This document shows, in pieces, positions 58,109-64,000 of a stretch of 64,000 nt of DNA. This DNA is from Perkinsus chesapeaki ATCC PRA-425 (taxonomy: Eukaryota > Protista > Perkinsozoa). Under the pieces are notes generated by a model. That model ran no database searches. It was not told where the DNA came from and saw only the letters and a list, made by a program, of their open reading frames with translations. The position numbers and the translations under genes are program-made. How positions within the stretch are numbered: the first letter of the stretch is position 1; each line of letters begins with the position of its first letter. Where the stretch lies: positions 45,983 to 109,982 of the forward strand of contig JAAPAO010000040.1 in assembly GCA_013115145.1 (NCBI GenBank), written 5' to 3'.

Positions 58109-61100
58109 CTAAAGTCTCGACTGCTTCGGCTGCTTGCTCTTCACGGTCCTCCTAGCCTTGGTAAGGATGTCCTCGGTGTACCCATTAGGGGACTTGGTTC
58201 CATCAAACACTAAATCTAAAGCGGCCTGGAACGCTGTACCAGTGCCCTTCATCGCAGTATACCTGACGACGATTGCTGCAACTCAAAAAAGGGACAGCGA
58301 CACAATGGACTCAAAGTGAGAGAAGACAGCCGTGGACACAAACGCCCCTTCCGGTACTACTGAGCATCGCCCTTGTTCTGCTGATCTACCACTGCGCTCA
58401 TTCTGGTAAGAGTCTCCTTAACCTGAGCTTCGCTGACGATACCATGTAGCAGCCAATTGGCTATGTGCTGGGATGATATCCTGAACCAGACCCTTTCAGA
58501 AAGCCTACCCGAATTATACTCACCGAAGTGTAGCGCGGTCTTCCATAAGCCCCACGTTGTTGATATCAGGCACTTTGCTACACCCAACACCAAGATCCAC
58601 CCAACGGACCTGACACCAATCTCCGAATGCATCGAGAGTGCCCAACTACTCACCACGTATCCGAGGATGCCCTGGGCATTGTTGTCAAGCTCGCGCTGGA
58701 TGTCAGCCTTCGGTAACCTAAACCACCAGTGCAGCAGAGTGCAGGGGCAATCGGCAGCAACTTACTTGGCGGCGGAAGCATCAAAGGGAGGCTGGAGGAG
58801 CTCATGACGGAGCTTTTCCGCGGCGGTGGGATCGGTGGAGATGGTCTTTTGGACCTGTCAGCCTACTTGTATGAACTGAAGACGGCAACCTGCTCTTACC
58901 GCTGAGACATCAACCATGTGATAGTGGAGCGCGTGCAGAGTAGCGGCTGTCGGAGAGGGTACCCATGCCGTGGAGGCACCTGCCAACACTCCTTCGATCG
59001 TCGGGGACCGCTCAAGCCAATCTTGCCTGCTAAAGGATGCCCTATCTTCTGCTCCAGCATAGCCTTCATAGAGTCAGGCTCAGCCCACATTCCCTTGCCT
59101 GATCAATGGAAAAATATCATCATAACTAGTTAACAAATCTCTTTTGATAAAACTAAGCCACAGATACCAATAATCTACCGGCTCCCGAGGAGAACACAGG
59201 CTGATAGGCTCACCAATCTGCGCCCGCATTCCCATGCCAGCCGATAGTCCCTCAATAACATTGAGCTTCTCATATGCATGTATCCATCCAGCCTTCTTAA
59301 TAGCCCCCTTCGGGGCCACCGGTGACTTGGAATGCATACAAGTGTGGATCTCATCACCAGTACCTGACAGTCCAGAGTTAGCCCAATCGCCCAATTGAGG
59401 ATTGCATTACGATCTAGGAACCCTGTGTTGATGAAGACAACTCTCTCACGAGCGACATGGATACATTCCTTCAAGTTTGCACTGGTTCGACGTTCCTCAT
59501 CCATAACCTGAATGACAGAGGGACCAGTAAGGTGATGACACAGCTTTAAGGATCCTGTATAGGAGGAATACTGCATTTACTAGGAAGGCTTATATCGATA
59601 GACAATAGACTGCTGCCATCTTACCAATTAACGATTACCAATTTTCCACCAAAACACGCTCACCAGAGTACAAAAGCTTCCTGTTCGCACAGTTGTGCGT
59701 GACGACGCAGAATCTATCGCGAAGCCCTCCTTGGCAACTGAGCTATGTATACTAACTACTACACAGCGGTGCTCAGATTCACACTCCCTATTGGAAGGAT
59801 CTATAACCATCTTACCCCGATCTTAATGGTCTTAGGTCCAAGCCCTAGCATCTCCTCTACACGGTCAAATACACGGCAGGCGTATCCTACTTCTACTGGG
59901 CCATGCAACTTAGGCTTCACAATGTATATCGACCCTGTGCCTGATAACACTTCATTCCCCTCTCCCTTAGAGAGGCGCCAGATTCCTACGACTGTTGCCA
60001 CCGATCTCCCTTAAATCTAACAATCCTGCTGCAGCAGTGACAAGCGCGTCTACTAGCCCCTCATAGGCCTCCTCTCCACGGTATCTATAGTCATCATCAT
60101 CAATCAACCCGACAGCATGGTACATCCTACAGGACAGCATCTGTCTTCATGTGAATGCCAACGTTCCTAACCAAAGCCACCACTCGCCCTAAACAACAAT
60201 CAGCCATCTCTCAACAGCAGCAGTAGCCCCACCTGTGAGAGTTAAGACTCCTTCACCTCCTGCCCTCCTGAAGGTAAGGTCAGAGTTTAGCTGACGAGTA
60301 ACAGTCTTGCCGCCCTTCTTGAAGCTGGCTTCGAGGTTGCCTGTCATCGTTCACTCGTGCGCCTCCCATGGGCATGGTTCATTACCCCTCATGAGCCCAG
60401 CCCAGTTGGAATAGACCCTGGACTTGTCCTCGGCATCAACCGCTGCTACAGAGTCCTCACAGTCCATTATGGCAGTTAGGGCCGCCTCGAGGACAACATC
60501 CGCCAGTCCCATGCTGTTCTGCTTTCCAACCTGGCAAGATACCAATTTGAGGGACAAGGCAACCATCACCACCCTGCTGCAATAAAGGGTACGCCAATCA
60601 ACTACGTACTAGGGGCCTCCCGATTGAGAAGGTAGATGGAAGGAGTGTTATACGACTCGGCAATAACAATGTGTGGGAGGGAAATACCGCCACAAGGGGA
60701 GAAATGGTCGATCTTGTCCTACCTGTGAGCTCTTATGGATCTTCGTTATGATATGTGTCCCGTTATGGACAAAGAGGAGCTCGCCCATAGCAGCATGGCC
60801 TCGGTAACCCACGAACGCAGAGGGCGACTTCAGACCTTACAACACACCATCAGCAACGAACCACAAGCTTCCTACCAGTCGATTTCCCACCAACCGTAGT
60901 CGCTACCAACTGGCCTCGATCATCAACCCAGATATACCCCAGGTCGGACCACTTAGCGTCAACAAGAGGGAGGATACTGTCAAGCTGCTTGAATGCAAAC
61001 CTTATGATAACAACTATTCGATTGCCCCGGCCAGACACTTACTCCAGCACCGCCAGGCCTCGGGAAGGATCGTATCCCCCTGGACGAGGGCGACCCGGTA

Positions 61101-61749
61101 CCACATCAAAGCCGTAGACGGCATCGAAGAGGGAACCCCACCTACGAGAAGGTAAGAGTCTCAGCACTTGCCGACAAGGTGGCTACCTGGCATTGGCGGC
61201 ATTAAGGGCATATCGAGCGTTGTCCACCGGAACCACCAACTGGGGGCCTGCTAACTGGGACATCTCAGGGTCTACATTCCTCGTCGACACAACAGTCTTC
61301 GTGGCAGAGGGCTCAACTAGGTATCTATCATCGCCAAACATTCGCCATAGGATTGAGCCGCTAAAGAAGTCAAGCACGAAGTGCGAATGTGACGATGGAG
61401 TTCCTGCTCCTGCTCGTCGCCCCGAGACCCTATCCACTGACCCTATCCTCTTCAAGAACTTCTCCTGGTCCTCTTTGCATCCTTCTCGATACCACTCATC
61501 AATGGCCGACTGGAGCTCATCACGGTGGGCTAGCAGAGCGGTATTCTCATCAGAGAACTCCTTCAACAACTTCTCCAAGTTGGTCCAGAATTCCGACGCC
61601 GTAACTCCTGTGCCTGAAGGATCTCTGGGCCGACCACCACAATACTAAAAGGTCTTACCGGGCAGCACCTTCTTCTCCACAGCGTCCTTAAGGATCTCAT
61701 GGACCTGGATATCGCCAAAATCGATGTATTTGCCGGTCTCGGTGAGCAT
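58109..61749 (-). CDS. glcB: Malate synthase G (GlcB type), many introns, C-terminal SRL
   Basis: [127 protein letters not shown]...KQSRL*. Confidence 0.96.
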
Positions 61750-61999
61750 AAAGGGAAGGGGACGACACGCGTAAAGACTACACAAAAAAGTAGACAACAA
61801 GGATACCACCAATAACCAGCAACAGCAGTCCTGTTGAAACCAAAACATGCTACTCATGCAACAACAACAACAATAACCATAACCATACGACCATGATGCT
61901 GAGATGCTCGTGGTCAAAATGCTACTTGCACTGAGTTGGTCTTCGGTCCACATAGGTGGATGACCCCCTCACTGATGTTGATGACCCACATAAGATGGT

Positions 62000-63535
62000 G
62001 TGTATAATCCATAAGGACCTTTGATCTCCTCACCACGTCCGCTTCATCAACGATACCTCCTTCAGATCCACCAAGCATCGAATGATGATGTAACTACCGA
62101 ACTAGCTTTAACGTCATCACCGATACCCTACTTGACGCAGATTTCGCCCCCAACTCCAAGCGGTCGCGGTTAAACCAGCAGCAGCACTGACGCTGATTAG
62201 AGGACCGTTATCGAACGGACCAAAACCAACATAATCCACAGCGTCTCTCGCTGGAGCCATCGATACAGTTCTGTGAGCATCTATGGCAGTACACACCGGA
62301 GATCGCCTACTTGATTTCATCGCCATCGATATTCATATGAATAACGGCACCCTTCACCGCCTCTCCTTCAAAGATTCTCAACAGCCCAGATGCTTCACCC
62401 GCGGCAAACAAAGGGCCATTCGAGATGGATGAGGAAGACTACTGCAGCACCCACGGAATACCAGCAGGCTAGTCTCAAAGCCTCACTTCAAACCGGTCAT
62501 TGGATATACGCCATCGACAACGAGGCCGGCACAATGACGTGACGCGGGTGATGCCCAGGAGCTCCTCGTGGGGCGCTATCCGAGCCAACACATCCAACTG
62601 CCTGATGCCCAGCACCTGTGGAGCACATGCAAGCAGCCTTCTACGACTATTTATCAAACTACTAATATCGATGATGTTCGATGTTCAGCATCATCAATCT
62701 TGCTATAAGCAATGTCATCAAATGCCAGATAGACCAACTCAGCCTCGGCTGTCAACGCTGATATACCAGCTGGGGCTGAAGGGCCATTTACCCAGTTACA
62801 CCGTGATCATCACGTACCAGAGAAGGATCCAATCGGTGTGTGGTGGGCAGACTTCTCCCAGACCTTTAAGTCAAAGCCGAGTGAAGCTACGATATGGTCA
62901 TCAGTGACCGCCTGTACCCGATAACGTGGCACCAACGTGTACATGAAGCATCCTCACCATTAGCCCCTTCACTGCATCACTTAGGCAAGACTCCCCCAAT
63001 ACCAGGTCCTGGCAGAGGGGCTCAGTGCCCTACAGTGAGAGATGCAGCGGGCCGTAGGGGAGGGAGGGACTTACCAATAAAGCAGTGTCGAGGACTCGGA
63101 TCATAGTCTCAGTTTTGTTACCATGGTCAACATCAATGTAACAGCAGACATAGCTAGGATGAGGCTCACCGAAGTACATGACATTGTGCAGGTAACTTGG
63201 ACGCGGAAGCCCGGTCCTGGGGAAGGGGTACTTCGACTACTAAGGCAGCAAGCCCACCCGGAGTTGACCAGCTCGACGCTTAAATTGGTCCCATCAGACG
63301 GCGACCACGATACATGATATCTGTTGCCTAATTCGCGCCTTTGTTGAAGAAGTTCGCTTACATATAGAGCATAGTAGGACCGTCGCAGTTGCCACATACA
63401 AGCTCCCAGGATACCTAAACCACCCAGGCACCAGTGCAAGCGGCTAATACAGCCATATCTCACCCGGCGAGCTGGATCGGTACCTTTGGGCTGATACAAT
63501 TGCCGAATATCTACAGCGACTCTGACAGTGGACAT
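62000..63535 (-). CDS. Hypothetical multi-exon (possibly membrane) protein
   Basis: Minus-strand ORFs 63101-63535, 62475-62657 and 62117-62326 with hydrophobic stretches and splice-like junctions; no family recognised. Confidence 0.35.
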
Positions 63536-64000
63536 GGTGGGCTATGTGATGATATACCCTACATTGGGTGCTTCAACTTGTGAGTGACTAACAGACCAAG
63601 TGGCCAGCCTGCCGCCGCTGCCGCGGGTGAAGACTGTGGGCCATCTTTAGACCGTCTAACGCAGCATGTGAGCTGTGAAGGTGCAGAGGGTCCTGAAGCA
63701 TGAGTAGTTCGGATACTGTTATAGAGACCTACGGGGTGATTGGGCGGAGAAGGACGACCCCATGGTCGATAGAAAGTAGGTACTGCAATGTGAAGGCTGC
63801 GGCACAAACCAACTTGATCCAAAACCTCAGCTATATCTGCGGTCCAATAAGCATCACTAGTATTTCAGGTAACGGGGGTCCCCTTATGGGGCCATTCCGT
63901 CAGAAACTTTGGCGCGGCACTCGTGATAGTGTTAGCTAAGTGGCTAAGTATCTTGATATCTTGATATCTTGCTTTCTCACTTTTCTTTATTATAGCTTAG

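Noticed and set aside
61750-63535. Possible isocitrate lyase fused upstream of malate synthase
   Set aside because: No KKCGH or other ICL motif; MSG has its own plausible start (MLTETGKY) at 61749.
63949-63971. (tatcttga)x3 and other microsatellites (gaa at 4671, gat at 55705)
   Set aside because: Ordinary short slippage repeats.

Overview
Eukaryotic, gene-dense window (about 50% GC) with many short (~40-60 nt) GT-AG introns. The style and gene content point to a Perkinsus-like alveolate; this is an inference. Recognisable genes: cytosolic IleRS, an ABC1/UbiB kinase, a nucleolin/NSR1-like RRM protein interrupted by an N gap, an array of paired U1/matrin-type zinc fingers, a PYG-repeat (FAM166-like) ciliary protein, two tandem Sec24 paralogues, an ISWI remodeller, a LicD/fukutin-like transferase, an intronless MDH, a SAP30BP/HCNGP-like protein, two tandem intronless TLC proteins, a PDK/BCKDK-type kinase and a bacterial-type malate synthase G ending in SRL (PTS1). 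The most unexplained signal is a ~2.5 kb ORF-poor interval between Sec24-2 and ISWI (35.9-38.4 kb). It holds at least 21 perfect odd-length palindromes with a 1-nt centre and 6-14 bp arms, many of them chained. Second is a pair of introns at non-homologous positions in the two Sec24 genes that share a gap-free antisense tRNA-3'-end-like sequence. Exon boundaries were assigned by eye, so gene ends are approximate. I found no CRISPR array, rRNA, complete tRNA or transposase.
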